Assembly (NCBI GenBank): GCA_944392595.1
Contig: CALXXD010000002.1
Span: 65,027 to 129,026, forward strand
Direction: 5' to 3'
Length of the DNA stretch: 64,000 bases
From: an uncultured Alphaproteobacteria bacterium
Lineage (GTDB): Bacteria > Pseudomonadota > Alphaproteobacteria > Rs-D84
Shown one piece after another: positions 54,748 through 63,690 of the stretch (positions are counted from its first letter, which is position 1; each line of letters opens with the position of its first letter). The notes under the pieces are model-generated. The model was not told the DNA's origin. It saw only the letters and a program-made list of their open reading frames with translations, and searched no databases. The translations under genes and the position numbers were made by a program.

Positions 54748-55287
54748 TTATCTGTGGCGATGCGACAAAGCATTTATAAATGCAATACGCTTTAAGTTTA
54801 TTCCCAATCCCCGCGCAAAAATATATGCACGTTCAAAATCAAAATTGCTGTCAGTGAAGGTTCCGCATTTATCATACGGAATTTTTATATACTGACCACC
54901 ATCATCTATAAACTGGTCAAATGTTAAATCCAACGGTTGGCCGGTAAATTTATTTTCCAACCAAACATGGTTAAATTTTTCATGATTTATCCATTTTAAT
55001 CGCCAAATTTCGCCACCATCGGGCATACGGAACAAATGATTCCAAGCATAACTGGCAATTCCGCAAAAACCGGCTGAAAACGCACCACGCGCAATACGGG
55101 CATTTTCGTATTTTTGATTTACAGTCCAACGGCGCAGATTCTTGTTACAAAACGCAGCACGAAAATCACACACCATTTCAACCATATCGTATTTTGAATT
55201 AAAATCATTCGGCAAATTCAACCACTGAGATTGAACCTGGTTCGCCAACAATTCTGTAGCGGCGTTATACCGCGTCATATCCGTCAT
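54748..55287 (-). CDS. Hypothetical protein, paralogue 1 (Cys-His-Asp signature, transglutaminase/NAT-like pattern)
   Basis: GFCGIASYAWNHLFRMPDGGEIWR...FNHVWLENKFTGQPLDLTFDQF. Confidence 0.55.
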   Translation of the reverse strand: MTDMTRYNAATELLANQVQSQWLNLPNDFNSKYDMVEMVCDFRAAFCNKNLRRWTVNQKYENARIARGAFSAGFCGIASYAWNHLFRMPDGGEIWRLKWINHEKFNHVWLENKFTGQPLDLTFDQFIDDGGQYIKIPYDKCGTFTDSNFDFERAYIFARGLGINLKRIAFINALSHRHR

Positions 55288-55288
55288 C

Positions 55289-56419
55289 TTACAACTCCGT
55301 CAAAGGCCAACGGGGGCGGGGCGCAATTGGCGTGGTTACCACACGACCCAACCGATAATTTTCAATCCCGGCCCACGCAATCATTGCGCCATTATCAGTA
55401 CATAAATTCATCGGTGGCGCAGCAAATGTTACATTATGCTTTTTGGCCAAATTTTCCATTGCACTGCGCACAGCACTGTTTTTGGCAACACCACCCGCAA
55501 CAACCAAAGTCCGCGGATTTGCAGTAATCACACGCGCATCGCCAAACGCATTTTCCAATCGGTTAATAATACAATCAACAACAGCCGCCTGGAAAGATGC
55601 ACAAAAATCATTTATAAATTCATCTGAATACGGCGACGTTTCGCGCGACAAAAATGTACGCGCAGCGGTTTTAATACCGCTGAACGAAAAATCACAACCA
55701 GGCTTATCACACAACGGCCGCGGAAAATTAAACGCACGCGGATTGCCCATGGCTGCGCGCTTATCAACAACCGGTCCGCCCGGATACCCCAGTCCCAACA
55801 TTTTTGCAACTTTGTCAAACGCTTCGCCCGCGCTGTCATCCAAAGTTTGACCAATCATTTCATACTGACCGACACCACGCACCAATAAAATCTGGCAATG
55901 GCCGCCGGACGCCAACATCAACAAATAAGGAAAATCAACATCAACCGCGCCATCTGTGCCATTGGCCGCCGCTGAATGCAAACGCGGAACCAGTGCGTGA
56001 CCTTCAAGATGATTAACCGCAACCAACGGTTTTTGCATGGATTGCGCAATCCCGGTCGCCGCCATCCAACCAACCAAGACCCCACCAATCAATCCCGGCC
56101 CGGCCGTGGCCGCAATCACGTCAATATCATTCAAATTTTTACCCGCCGCATCCAATGTTCTTTTTATAACATCGTCAATCGCCAAAATATGCGCACGCGC
56201 CGCCAATTCAGGCACCACGCCGCCATACTTTTGATGTTCTGGGATTTGAGAATAAATTATATGCGACAAAATATTTCGATTGGAATCGACAATCGCGGCC
56301 GATGTTTCATCACACGAAGATTCAATCCCCAAACACAGTATCGGACGCGCTGTGTCGTGTGCGCCCCCGGCCGCCGCCAAAGCCCCCATATCCATCTGAA
56401 TTATTTTGTCTGCACTCAT
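55289..56419 (-). CDS. tsaD: tRNA N6-adenosine threonylcarbamoyltransferase TsaD
   Basis: LGIESSCDETSAAIV, VNHLEGHAL and GGVAKNSAVR. Confidence 0.96.
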   Translation of the reverse strand: MSADKIIQMDMGALAAAGGAHDTARPILCLGIESSCDETSAAIVDSNRNILSHIIYSQIPEHQKYGGVVPELAARAHILAIDDVIKRTLDAAGKNLNDIDVIAATAGPGLIGGVLVGWMAATGIAQSMQKPLVAVNHLEGHALVPRLHSAAANGTDGAVDVDFPYLLMLASGGHCQILLVRGVGQYEMIGQTLDDSAGEAFDKVAKMLGLGYPGGPVVDKRAAMGNPRAFNFPRPLCDKPGCDFSFSGIKTAARTFLSRETSPYSDEFINDFCASFQAAVVDCIINRLENAFGDARVITANPRTLVVAGGVAKNSAVRSAMENLAKKHNVTFAAPPMNLCTDNGAMIAWAGIENYRLGRVVTTPIAPRPRWPLTEL

Positions 56420-57105
56420 TTTATTTCCACCAACGTTACACCAATATTATTTTTGTTTTTTGCGCGCGCCGCAACATATTCATAAAAATCAACATCCATA
56501 ACACGTCCATATTGCGACGAAGCATGACGCAGCACACCATTCGGCAACAAAAAACCAACATGCACCACCGCCAAATCAGTCCCTATTGTATCACTTTTAT
56601 TTGAATTTCCAGTAATAAAAAGAACTATCAGGGCATCATCTGTGTTTATTCGCCCCAATTTTTCATACGGTATATATTCCAAATCGATTTCGCGAACTGG
56701 AAATTCAGAATCCATTTTATGCACAACGCGCAACCAATTTTGTTTGTCGATTATGACATGTCGCACGGCCACATCACCGTATTTTGACGACACATTTTCG
56801 ACCAAATCTGCATTATTTTCCAACCAATCAGATTCAATAAAATGATTCCGAGAAAGAAAATTAACATCGCCATTTTTATATCTGATTTTATTTAAGTTTT
56901 TTAATTTTCCATTTGCCAAAGAAGTCTCGACAAAAGTAACACAATCGAACGCGTCTTTGCGTATCAGTGGGTCTGCATCATACCCATAACCTTCGCCCAA
57001 CGGATCGGCGACATATTTTGCCCCCAGATATTTATGTCCAATATCATAATTGGTTGCACAACCCACAATTAAAAACGCAAAAACGAATAAGGAAAAAAAT
57101 TTCAT
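56416..57105 (-). CDS. DUF1460-family lipoprotein (amidase-like domain)
   Basis: Lipobox FLIVGCA. YVADPLGEG...DAFDCVTFVETSLA matches the DUF1460 core as I remember it. Confidence 0.6.
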   Translation of the reverse strand: MKFFSLFVFAFLIVGCATNYDIGHKYLGAKYVADPLGEGYGYDADPLIRKDAFDCVTFVETSLANGKLKNLNKIRYKNGDVNFLSRNHFIESDWLENNADLVENVSSKYGDVAVRHVIIDKQNWLRVVHKMDSEFPVREIDLEYIPYEKLGRINTDDALIVLFITGNSNKSDTIGTDLAVVHVGFLLPNGVLRHASSQYGRVMDVDFYEYVAARAKNKNNIGVTLVEIK

Positions 57106-57107
57106 AC

Positions 57108-57413
57108 TTACTTATTTTTATTTACCTGAATCCCGGTATAGCACAATGCAACCGCGTCGCGCACGGCCATATCATTTGATTCAGGCAACGTCGCAATTTT
57201 ATCAACGCATTGAACCAACAATTCCAAATCTTCATTACTGGCGGTGATAATTTGCGCAGCCGCCGTCCGACGTACCAAATCCGCACCACGCCATTGTTTC
57301 AGACTGGCCGTTTCCAATTCGCCCGACCGCATAGCAAAGAAAAACACCACAACAACAAAAATCAACGCTGCGATGCCGATAAAAATTTTCAAAAAACGCT
57401 TAAAAAAATTCAT
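57108..57413 (-). CDS. Small membrane-anchored hypothetical protein
   Basis: 101 aa, with the N-terminal TM segment IFIGIAALIFVVVVFFFA. Confidence 0.45.
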   Translation of the reverse strand: MNFFKRFLKIFIGIAALIFVVVVFFFAMRSGELETASLKQWRGADLVRRTAAAQIITASNEDLELLVQCVDKIATLPESNDMAVRDAVALCYTGIQVNKNK

Positions 57414-57427
57414 ACCGCACCCCGCAA

Positions 57428-57787
57428 TTATTCACAATTTACCAACCAAACATCATAATCAGCATTCTGCAAAGGATTATTACCAGGCTCATTCGCACTC
57501 ATCCAACCGCTGAAAATTTTTCCCTGGTCAGATTTATTAATTTCAACAAACATAAAATAATCCTGGGCATCAAACGGGTCAGTTTGCTTGCACGATTGCA
57601 CCAACAAAGTCAATTTTTCGTAAGTTTGCGGCAATCCAACGGGCAAAGATACGGTCTGGACTTTTCCCGCGGCCTTGTTCATAATGCGCACAACCGCGGT
57701 TTGTTTATCAACATACGCATTCGCATCGCCACCGGTCACCACAACCAACGCCGTTACCAACAATAAAGATTTTATTAAATTTTTCAT
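57428..57787 (-). CDS. DUF2155-family periplasmic protein
   Basis: Signal peptide MKNLIKSLLLVTALVVVTGGDANA, then AVVRIMNKAAGKVQTVSLPVG...LLVQSC...FMFVEI...GWM. Confidence 0.65.
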   Translation of the reverse strand: MKNLIKSLLLVTALVVVTGGDANAYVDKQTAVVRIMNKAAGKVQTVSLPVGLPQTYEKLTLLVQSCKQTDPFDAQDYFMFVEINKSDQGKIFSGWMSANEPGNNPLQNADYDVWLVNCE

Positions 57788-57830
57788 AATTATAATGTTA
57801 CATTTGCGCGCATATAAAGTCAAACGCTTA

Positions 57831-57857
57831 AAAACAAAAATCCCGCAGACGCGGGAT
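57831..57857 (-). terminator. rplS operon terminator
   Basis: The minus strand reads ATCCCGC-GTCT-GCGGGAT followed by TTTTGTTTT. Confidence 0.8.
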
Positions 57858-57882
57858 TTTTATATAATTTGCAAATTGCGAA

Positions 57883-58284
57883 TTATTTATCAGCGTTCTT
57901 TTCCGCTTTTTCAGCGGCCGTAGCGGACAAATCTTCCACAATACGCGCCTTTTTGCCAGACAATCCACGCAAAAAGAACAATTTAGCACGACGAACTTTA
58001 CCGGTACGCACTTTTTCGATTTTTGCAATCGCAGGGCTGTACAGCGGGAATTTGCGTTCCACACCAACGCCGTATGATTCACGACGCACAGTAAAAGACG
58101 CATTGTTGCCTTCGCCACCATCACGTGCGATAACAACACCTTCGAACACCTGGATACGGAATTTATCGCCATCCTTGATTCGCACATGCACTTTGACGGT
58201 ATCCCCAGATTTGAACGCAGGGATTTTTTTGTCACCGCGCAGTTTTTCGATTTGCGCCTGTTCGATTTTTTTAATAATGCTCAT
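57883..58284 (-). CDS. rplS: 50S ribosomal protein L19
   Basis: [33 protein letters not shown]...[10 protein letters not shown]. Confidence 0.97.
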   Translation of the reverse strand: MSIIKKIEQAQIEKLRGDKKIPAFKSGDTVKVHVRIKDGDKFRIQVFEGVVIARDGGEGNNASFTVRRESYGVGVERKFPLYSPAIAKIEKVRTGKVRRAKLFFLRGLSGKKARIVEDLSATAAEKAEKNADK

Positions 58285-58967
58285 TTTTCATTTTCCTTTA
58301 TTAAATCCGGACGACGTTGTTTTGTTATCTCGTCCGATTGTTGTTTCCGCCACCGTTCAATATTGCCGTGGTGACCGGACAGCAGGACTTCTGGGACATT
58401 GCGTCCGCGCCATGCCGACGGGCGGGTGTATAACGGCCATTCCAGCCCCCCGATTTCAAAACTTTCGTTGGCTGTGGCATCTGCGCCACCGCCCAGCACA
58501 TTATCCATCACGCGAACGACGCTGTCAATAAAAACTTGCGCCGCAATTTCGCCACCCGACAGTATATAATCGCCGATAGATAACTCCATTATATCATATT
58601 CTTCGATGATTCGTTCATCAATTCCTTCGTACCGCCCACACAGCAAGGTGTAATTTGCATCTTTATCCGCCGCAAATTCACGCACCATTTTTTGCGTCAA
58701 ACGTGGCCCACGCGGTGAAAAATATATGATTTTGCCGCGATTTTTAATTGAATCGATTGCGTCACCCAATACATCAGGCCGCATAACTTGCCCCACGCCG
58801 CCACCGAATTGTTCATCATCGACACTGCCGTAATTATCATGTGCAAAATCACGAATATTTATTGCGTCATACGACCACACGCCGTTGTTCATCGCGCGTC
58901 CAACAACCCCGCCGCCCAACGTACCGGGAAACATTTCTGGAAAAATGGTCAGTATATTAAAGTGCAT
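58281..58967 (-). CDS. trmD: tRNA (guanine37-N1)-methyltransferase TrmD
   Basis: [15 protein letters not shown]..., [24 protein letters not shown] and HHGNIERWR. Confidence 0.96.
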   Translation of the reverse strand: MHFNILTIFPEMFPGTLGGGVVGRAMNNGVWSYDAINIRDFAHDNYGSVDDEQFGGGVGQVMRPDVLGDAIDSIKNRGKIIYFSPRGPRLTQKMVREFAADKDANYTLLCGRYEGIDERIIEEYDIMELSIGDYILSGGEIAAQVFIDSVVRVMDNVLGGGADATANESFEIGGLEWPLYTRPSAWRGRNVPEVLLSGHHGNIERWRKQQSDEITKQRRPDLIKENEK

Positions 58968-58968
58968 T

Positions 58969-59235
58969 TTAACGAATCCGATTTTTGCATTTTTGGCATA
59001 AATATTCAGACAAATTTATCATGCTTTTTGTTGCGTCTTTTTCTTTTAACGCAGCAACACTGACCGCGCGTAACCTGTTCGCAATGTACCGGTATGTTGT
59101 ATAGTGCGTTTTGCACGCATCCAACAAATTAAATATTGGGCACGATGTATCATCTGCACAAGTGGCGACCAAATCATTATAACCATAATCACCGAACTTG
59201 AAAAATACTTGAATACCTGATTTTTTATCTGCCAT
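58969..59235 (-). CDS. Hypothetical small Cys-containing protein (88 aa) inside the rimM-trmD junction
   Basis: Tightly packed, with a 1-nt gap to trmD and an 11-nt overlap with the upstream ORF. Six Cys residues, including CQKC near the C-terminus. Confidence 0.45.
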   Translation of the reverse strand: MADKKSGIQVFFKFGDYGYNDLVATCADDTSCPIFNLLDACKTHYTTYRYIANRLRAVSVAALKEKDATKSMINLSEYLCQKCKNRIR

Positions 59236-59608
59236 TTTGATTCCTTTTTGCTAAATCTGCGATAATCATTTGACGTTCGTATTCTGGGATACCAATTTGT
59301 TTAACGGGATTATATCCATACAAAGCGTACGTGATTTCACCATTCAAATAAACACGACTTCCATCACACTGCACAGTCCGTCCCATTATCGCAGAAGCAT
59401 ACGGACACACCGTATTTTTTGAAATAATCCGACGCCCATATTTATCCACATTGTAATCCATAAACTGGGGACAGGTAAAAACACAAGACGCCATTCGTAC
59501 GCCAGTCTTGGAAACATACGGTGTTTTCGGCACATACGCGTATATGAATCTTTCAGATTCCAATATAAAAGTTCTGGGCAAACCCTGCATTTTATTTTTC
59601 ATATTCAA
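59225..59608 (-). CDS. Hypothetical protein (127 aa) inside the rimM-trmD junction
   Basis: The start overlaps the rimM stop by 4 nt. I recognise no family. Confidence 0.45.
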   Translation of the reverse strand: MNMKNKMQGLPRTFILESERFIYAYVPKTPYVSKTGVRMASCVFTCPQFMDYNVDKYGRRIISKNTVCPYASAIMGRTVQCDGSRVYLNGEITYALYGYNPVKQIGIPEYERQMIIADLAKRNQNGR

Positions 59609-60072
59609 CCCCGAATATAAATGGTTTTATTTTCTAAATCCACATAGACACTGTTAAAAGCAATCAAATCGCCGTTATCCAGTTCCAATATGTCCCCACC
59701 GCCATAGTTCTGGATATTATCCACCACACCAATTTGCACACCGTCACGCACGACCGGCACGCCAATCAAATCAGCATGATAATATTCGCCGGGGGCGGGT
59801 TGGGGCAAATCATCGCGATTTATAAACAATTCTGCGCCGCGTAATAATTCAGCCGCATTACGATCATTTACACCATCAATTCGCGCAATAATAACGGCCG
59901 ATGCCGGCACAGCACGCACAAAATGAAACGCACCATCTGCAAACTGTGGTGACATAACACGCAAATCCCGCATATCTGTTGGATTTGCAGTATAAGTATT
60001 AACACGCACTTCGCCACGTATTCCCTGGGGTGCGACAATTTTACCAACCAAGATTTTTTTATTATCGGCCAT
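59605..60072 (-). CDS. rimM: 16S rRNA processing protein RimM
   Basis: LVGKIVAPQGIRGEVRV... and a C-terminal PRC-barrel (LIGVPVV...GVVDNIQNYGGGDILEL). Confidence 0.9.
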   Translation of the reverse strand: MADNKKILVGKIVAPQGIRGEVRVNTYTANPTDMRDLRVMSPQFADGAFHFVRAVPASAVIIARIDGVNDRNAAELLRGAELFINRDDLPQPAPGEYYHADLIGVPVVRDGVQIGVVDNIQNYGGGDILELDNGDLIAFNSVYVDLENKTIYIRG

Positions 60073-60261
60073 TTATCTTTGTTGTTGCTTTTTTAATTTA
60101 TACAGACGACTGCAATATTTCGACATAGCGGGACAATCGCCATTTTCGTAAATATAGTATCTGTAATTACGCGCGGCGGCGAAATCGATTTGACGACGGC
60201 ATTCCCACGCACGGAAAGAATAATCGCATTCTACATTTTTATCAACTGGACATTTTGGCAT
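60073..60261 (-). CDS. Hypothetical small Cys-rich protein (62 aa) between rpsP and rimM
   Basis: MPKCPVDKNVECDYSFRAWECRR...GDCPAMSKYCSR. Its stop abuts the rimM ATG. It is not KH-domain-like. Confidence 0.4.
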   Translation of the reverse strand: MPKCPVDKNVECDYSFRAWECRRQIDFAAARNYRYYIYENGDCPAMSKYCSRLYKLKKQQQR

Positions 60262-60293
60262 TTTAACACAATCCTTTATTTAATCAGAAATTT

Positions 60294-60316
60294 ATGCCCG
60301 GGGCACGCCCGGGCAT
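60294..60316 (-). promoter_or_regulatory. Strong 9-bp GC hairpin between rpsP and the downstream genes (possible attenuator or processing site)
   Basis: ATGCCCGGG-GCACG-CCCGGGCAT. No T-run follows on the minus strand. Confidence 0.4.
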
Positions 60317-60324
60317 ACGCAAAA

Positions 60325-60807
60325 TTATTCAGCAACCGATGCAGATTCTTCCGTAACTGGTGCTTCGGCCGGTGCTTCTTCGGCAGCCGGCGCAGATTCT
60401 TCGGCCGGGGCCTCGGCTGCGGCCTTGGCGGCGGCTTCTGCTGCTGCTTGTTCTTCGGCTATTTTGGCCAATTTGTCTTGTTTATCTTTGATTTTCTGCA
60501 AAGTTTTTTCAGATTGCAGATTCTTTTTCGTCTGGTTCGGCACAACACGCGCAGCAACCAAACCGGCATTCGCCAAGAAACGATAAACACGGTCAGACGG
60601 TTTTGCACCTTTGCCCAACCATTCTTTGATTTCGTCGATTTTCAACACAACGCGTTTTTCATTATCGCGCGGCAACATAGGGTCATATTTACCGACAGTC
60701 GCCAAAATATTGCCTGAATTACGCGCATTACGTGAATCAGTCACAACCACATGATAATACGGGCGTTTTTTTGCACCGAAACGCGCCAATCTGATAACAG
60801 TTGCCAT
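60325..60807 (-). CDS. rpsP: 30S ribosomal protein S16 with an Ala/Glu-rich C-terminal extension
   Basis: MATVIRLARFGAKKRPYYHVVVTDSRNARNSG.... Confidence 0.96.
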   Translation of the reverse strand: MATVIRLARFGAKKRPYYHVVVTDSRNARNSGNILATVGKYDPMLPRDNEKRVVLKIDEIKEWLGKGAKPSDRVYRFLANAGLVAARVVPNQTKKNLQSEKTLQKIKDKQDKLAKIAEEQAAAEAAAKAAAEAPAEESAPAAEEAPAEAPVTEESASVAE

Positions 60808-61061
60808 AATTTTGCTCCTTTTAATTTTAACTGTTTAATCCATACAGAAAGCCACGCACCAAGGACGAATACTCGTCGGATGATGTACCATACGCATACC
60901 GCGTACTGGGGTAACAGTGATGGCAATCTTTGGGATTTGCGTTACCGATTATTACCCACAAAAGCAAAAAAGTCAAATATTTTGTAATTTTTTACGTGCA
61001 ATACGTTTTTTTTTGCTATACTTAACGACGTGATAACACACAAAACCCAAGGAGAAAAATC

Positions 61062-61472
61062 ATGAAAAAACTGTCATTATTGGCAATCGCGGCTGTGGCT
61101 TTGGTTGCATGCGGCGAACAAAAACCAACACCAGCAGACTTTGCAACAATTGAAACAGAAATCAACAACGCGGCATCGGCCGAACAACCAATTGCAATCG
61201 TTGCATTGGGCGCGGCTGGTGACTATGTAATTTCATTGCCTGCGAACGAAGCCGTTTTGGCCGTCGCAGCCAAAGAAAAATCGGCAACATTTTTGTCCAT
61301 CGAAAACCCTGCGCAGTATATTGCCGAAGGCACATGTTTGCTGAACATTATCCCAGATAACACAATGGCGGCGATGAACAAGCCTGAAAACAAGTGCAAT
61401 TTCCGCCTGTTCTGTGGCACAGCCGAAGATATGGCCGGCGAAGCGTATGCCGTTGAATTGTGTGCTGAATAA
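61062..61472 (+). CDS. Hypothetical lipoprotein
   Basis: MKKLSLLAIAAVALVAC contains a lipobox. GGAGAA lies upstream. Confidence 0.6.
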   Translation: MKKLSLLAIAAVALVACGEQKPTPADFATIETEINNAASAEQPIAIVALGAAGDYVISLPANEAVLAVAAKEKSATFLSIENPAQYIAEGTCLLNIIPDNTMAAMNKPENKCNFRLFCGTAEDMAGEAYAVELCAE

Positions 61473-61488
61473 TAAAAAAGAATCAAAT

Positions 61489-61517
61489 AAAAAAAATCCC
61501 ACGATTGTGGGATTTTT
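61489..61517. terminator. Bidirectional terminator between the lipoprotein gene and gdh
   Basis: ATCCCAC-GATT-GTGGGAT (61496-61513), flanked by A7 and T4. Confidence 0.8.
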
Positions 61518-61539
61518 ATTTTGCATATATATCACAGGT

Positions 61540-62793
61540 TTAATACCAACCGCGCAATTTCATTGCGCCCGCCACGCGCTTAATCGAGTGCATATAAGCA
61601 GCCTCGCGCATGGAAACGTTGTATTCTTCCTTGATTTTATAAATGGCGTCGAACGCATCTTTCATTGCGATTTCTTCTTTTTCTTCGACTTCTTTTTCGC
61701 CCCAATAATAACCATAGCGATTTTGTACCCATTCAAAGTAAGAAACCGTCACACCACCGGCATTCGCCAAAATATCAGGCACCACAGTCACGCCGTTTGC
61801 CAACAATATTTCTTCGCCTTCCAGTGTGGTTGGACCGTTCGCACCTTCGACAACCAATTTAGTTTTGATTAACGGCGCAGTATCTTTGTTGATTGTATTT
61901 TCCATCGCGCACGGCGACAAAACATCAACATCCAATCCCCAGAATTGTTCGATACTGATTTCGGACGCACCCGGGAATCCTTTGATACTGCCTTTATTAT
62001 CAGCCTTGAATTTCATCAAAGCATCGATATCGATACCGTCTTCGTTATACAGCGTTGTATTCCATTCAGCAATGGACACGATTTTCGCACCCATGTCATG
62101 GCTGCATTTCGCGGTAAAACTGCCAACGTTGCCAAATCCCTGGATGGCGATACGCGCACCGCGCATTTCTTTGCCTTGTTTTTCCAATGCCTTGGCAATG
62201 ATGATGGAAATACCCAACCCGGTCGCAGCATTACGTCCCTTGGAACCCGCTAATTCAACCGGTTTGCCTGTGAAAGTACCAAACGAAGATTCGCCCGACA
62301 ATTTGATATATTCATCAATCATCCAAGCCATGATTTGCCCATTGGTATTAACATCGGGTGCGGGCACATCGCGCTTTTCACCCAAAATCGGATAAATTGC
62401 ATCAACATAACCGCGGCACAGACGTTCCAATTCGCCGGCTGACAATTCTTTTGGATCAACGATAATTCCGCCTTTGCCGCCACCGTATGGAATACCAGTC
62501 ACAGAACATTTGAACGTCATCCAAATGGACAGGGCGGCAACCTCGTCACGTGTTACATTTGGATGGAAACGCACGCCACCCTTGGACGGACCAATGGCAG
62601 TATTATGCTGGGCACGAAAACCTGTAAAAGTACGAATTGAACCATCGTCCATTTTAACCGGAATCGAAACCTCTATGATACGTTGTGGATATTTCAGAAT
62701 TTCATAAACATCCGCCGGCATCCCCAGTTTTTCACATGCAACCTTGACCCGTTGCTGGGCGCCGATTAACGGATTCATATTTTCATTTGCCAT
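61540..62793 (-). CDS. gdhA: Glutamate dehydrogenase (Glu/Leu/Phe/Val dehydrogenase family)
   Basis: KGGVRFHPNVTRDEVAALSIWMTFKCSVTGIPYGGGKGGI and the Rossmann motif GFGNVG. Confidence 0.93.
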   Translation of the reverse strand: MANENMNPLIGAQQRVKVACEKLGMPADVYEILKYPQRIIEVSIPVKMDDGSIRTFTGFRAQHNTAIGPSKGGVRFHPNVTRDEVAALSIWMTFKCSVTGIPYGGGKGGIIVDPKELSAGELERLCRGYVDAIYPILGEKRDVPAPDVNTNGQIMAWMIDEYIKLSGESSFGTFTGKPVELAGSKGRNAATGLGISIIIAKALEKQGKEMRGARIAIQGFGNVGSFTAKCSHDMGAKIVSIAEWNTTLYNEDGIDIDALMKFKADNKGSIKGFPGASEISIEQFWGLDVDVLSPCAMENTINKDTAPLIKTKLVVEGANGPTTLEGEEILLANGVTVVPDILANAGGVTVSYFEWVQNRYGYYWGEKEVEEKEEIAMKDAFDAIYKIKEEYNVSMREAAYMHSIKRVAGAMKLRGWY

Positions 62794-62876
62794 AATTATT
62801 CCCCCTTTATTGGTTTATATACAGCAATAAGAAAGCATAGGCCTATCCGACAAAAAAATCAACAACAAATAAAAAC

Positions 62877-62905
62877 TGGACATTTTTTCGCGTGTGTTAT
62901 AGAAT
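62877..62905 (+). promoter_or_regulatory. Sigma70-like promoter of tRNA-Gly
   Basis: TGGACA (62877-62882), a 17-nt spacer, then TAGAAT (62900-62905). Confidence 0.45.
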
Positions 62906-62915
62906 CACACAACAC

Positions 62916-62989
62916 GCGGGCGTGGTATAATGGCAGCACGTCAGCTTCCCAAGCTGAAGACGAGGGTTCGATTCCCTTCGCCCGCACCA
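62916..62989 (+). tRNA. tRNA-Gly (anticodon CCC), CCA encoded
   Basis: GCGGGCG-TG-GTATAATGGCAGCAC-G-TCAGC-TTCCCAA-GCTGA-AGAC-GAGGG-TTCGATT-CCCTT-CGCCCGC-A-CCA. Confidence 0.93.
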
Positions 62990-63023
62990 AAAAATTAAAC
63001 CGACCTTGCGTCGGTTTTGTTTT
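62971..63023 (+). repeat. 53-bp direct repeat, copy 1 (last 19 nt of tRNA-Gly plus its terminator)
   Basis: ATTCCCTTCGCCCGCACCAAAAAATTAAACCGACCTTGCGTCGGTTTTGTTTT. An identical copy lies exactly 200 bp downstream. Confidence 0.95.
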
Positions 63024-63170
63024 TTGGATTGTCGGCGACGGAATTGAACCCGACAAAGCCGCGCCAGCGGCGCAGGGTTCGGAACGCAGCGCGTCAGCGC
63101 GCAGTGAAAGGGGCCCGCCGAAATCACCAAGAGCTCCAGCGATTGGATTGATTTCGGCAGGGAATTATAC

Positions 63171-63223
63171 ATTCCCTTCGCCCGCACCAAAAAATTAAAC
63201 CGACCTTGCGTCGGTTTTGTTTT
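63171..63223 (+). repeat. 53-bp direct repeat, copy 2
   Basis: Identical to 62971-63023. It is preceded by a T-arm-like hairpin, AGGGAA-TTATACA-TTCCCT. Confidence 0.95.
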
Positions 63224-63425
63224 ATTTTTTGAATTTTGGAAACAATAACGGGGTTCTTTTTTTATATTCAACATATTCGTCTTTGAAATCGTTATATAAT
63301 CTGGGTTCTTCAAATTTTTTTACATGCCACACCATATATGAAATAAATACAATTGGCACAATCAACGCCGGAAAGAACACCAAAAACAGTAAAACACCAA
63401 CGAAGTATCCAAATATATTTTTCAT
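63222..63425 (-). CDS. Small membrane protein resembling the C-terminal part of ICMT/PEMT-family methyltransferases (possibly a truncated gene)
   Basis: 67 aa. ...HVKKFEEPRLYNDFKDEYVEYKKRTPLLFP resembles the EE..L...FG.EY..Y...T motif. The family is normally at least 150 aa. Confidence 0.35.
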   Translation of the reverse strand: MKNIFGYFVGVLLFLVFFPALIVPIVFISYMVWHVKKFEEPRLYNDFKDEYVEYKKRTPLLFPKFKK

Positions 63426-63432
63426 AATGCGC

Positions 63433-63690
63433 TTACCTGACTTTCTGATTTAATTCGCGTTGCAGTTTTTCCATTTTTGTAATCGCGGCGCGCATTATTT
63501 TTTTATTTGCACGCGATGATAACAAATTTTTACGCAACTGTTCCAATTGCCGCATAATGGCATACGCACCCGCCGCATCGGCACGCCGTATTAACGATTC
63601 CGCCATTGCCACAATTTCCGCAGACTCAACCTGTTGCATATCAACAGTCGGCTTAAAAAATTGTTGCTTTTCTTGGCGTTTTTCGTTCAT
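63433..63690 (-). CDS. Hypothetical protein (85 aa, helical)
   Basis: The ORF abuts the LysM ORF, with its start directly after the LysM stop codon. No motif. Confidence 0.4.
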   Translation of the reverse strand: MNEKRQEKQQFFKPTVDMQQVESAEIVAMAESLIRRADAAGAYAIMRQLEQLRKNLLSSRANKKIMRAAITKMEKLQRELNQKVR

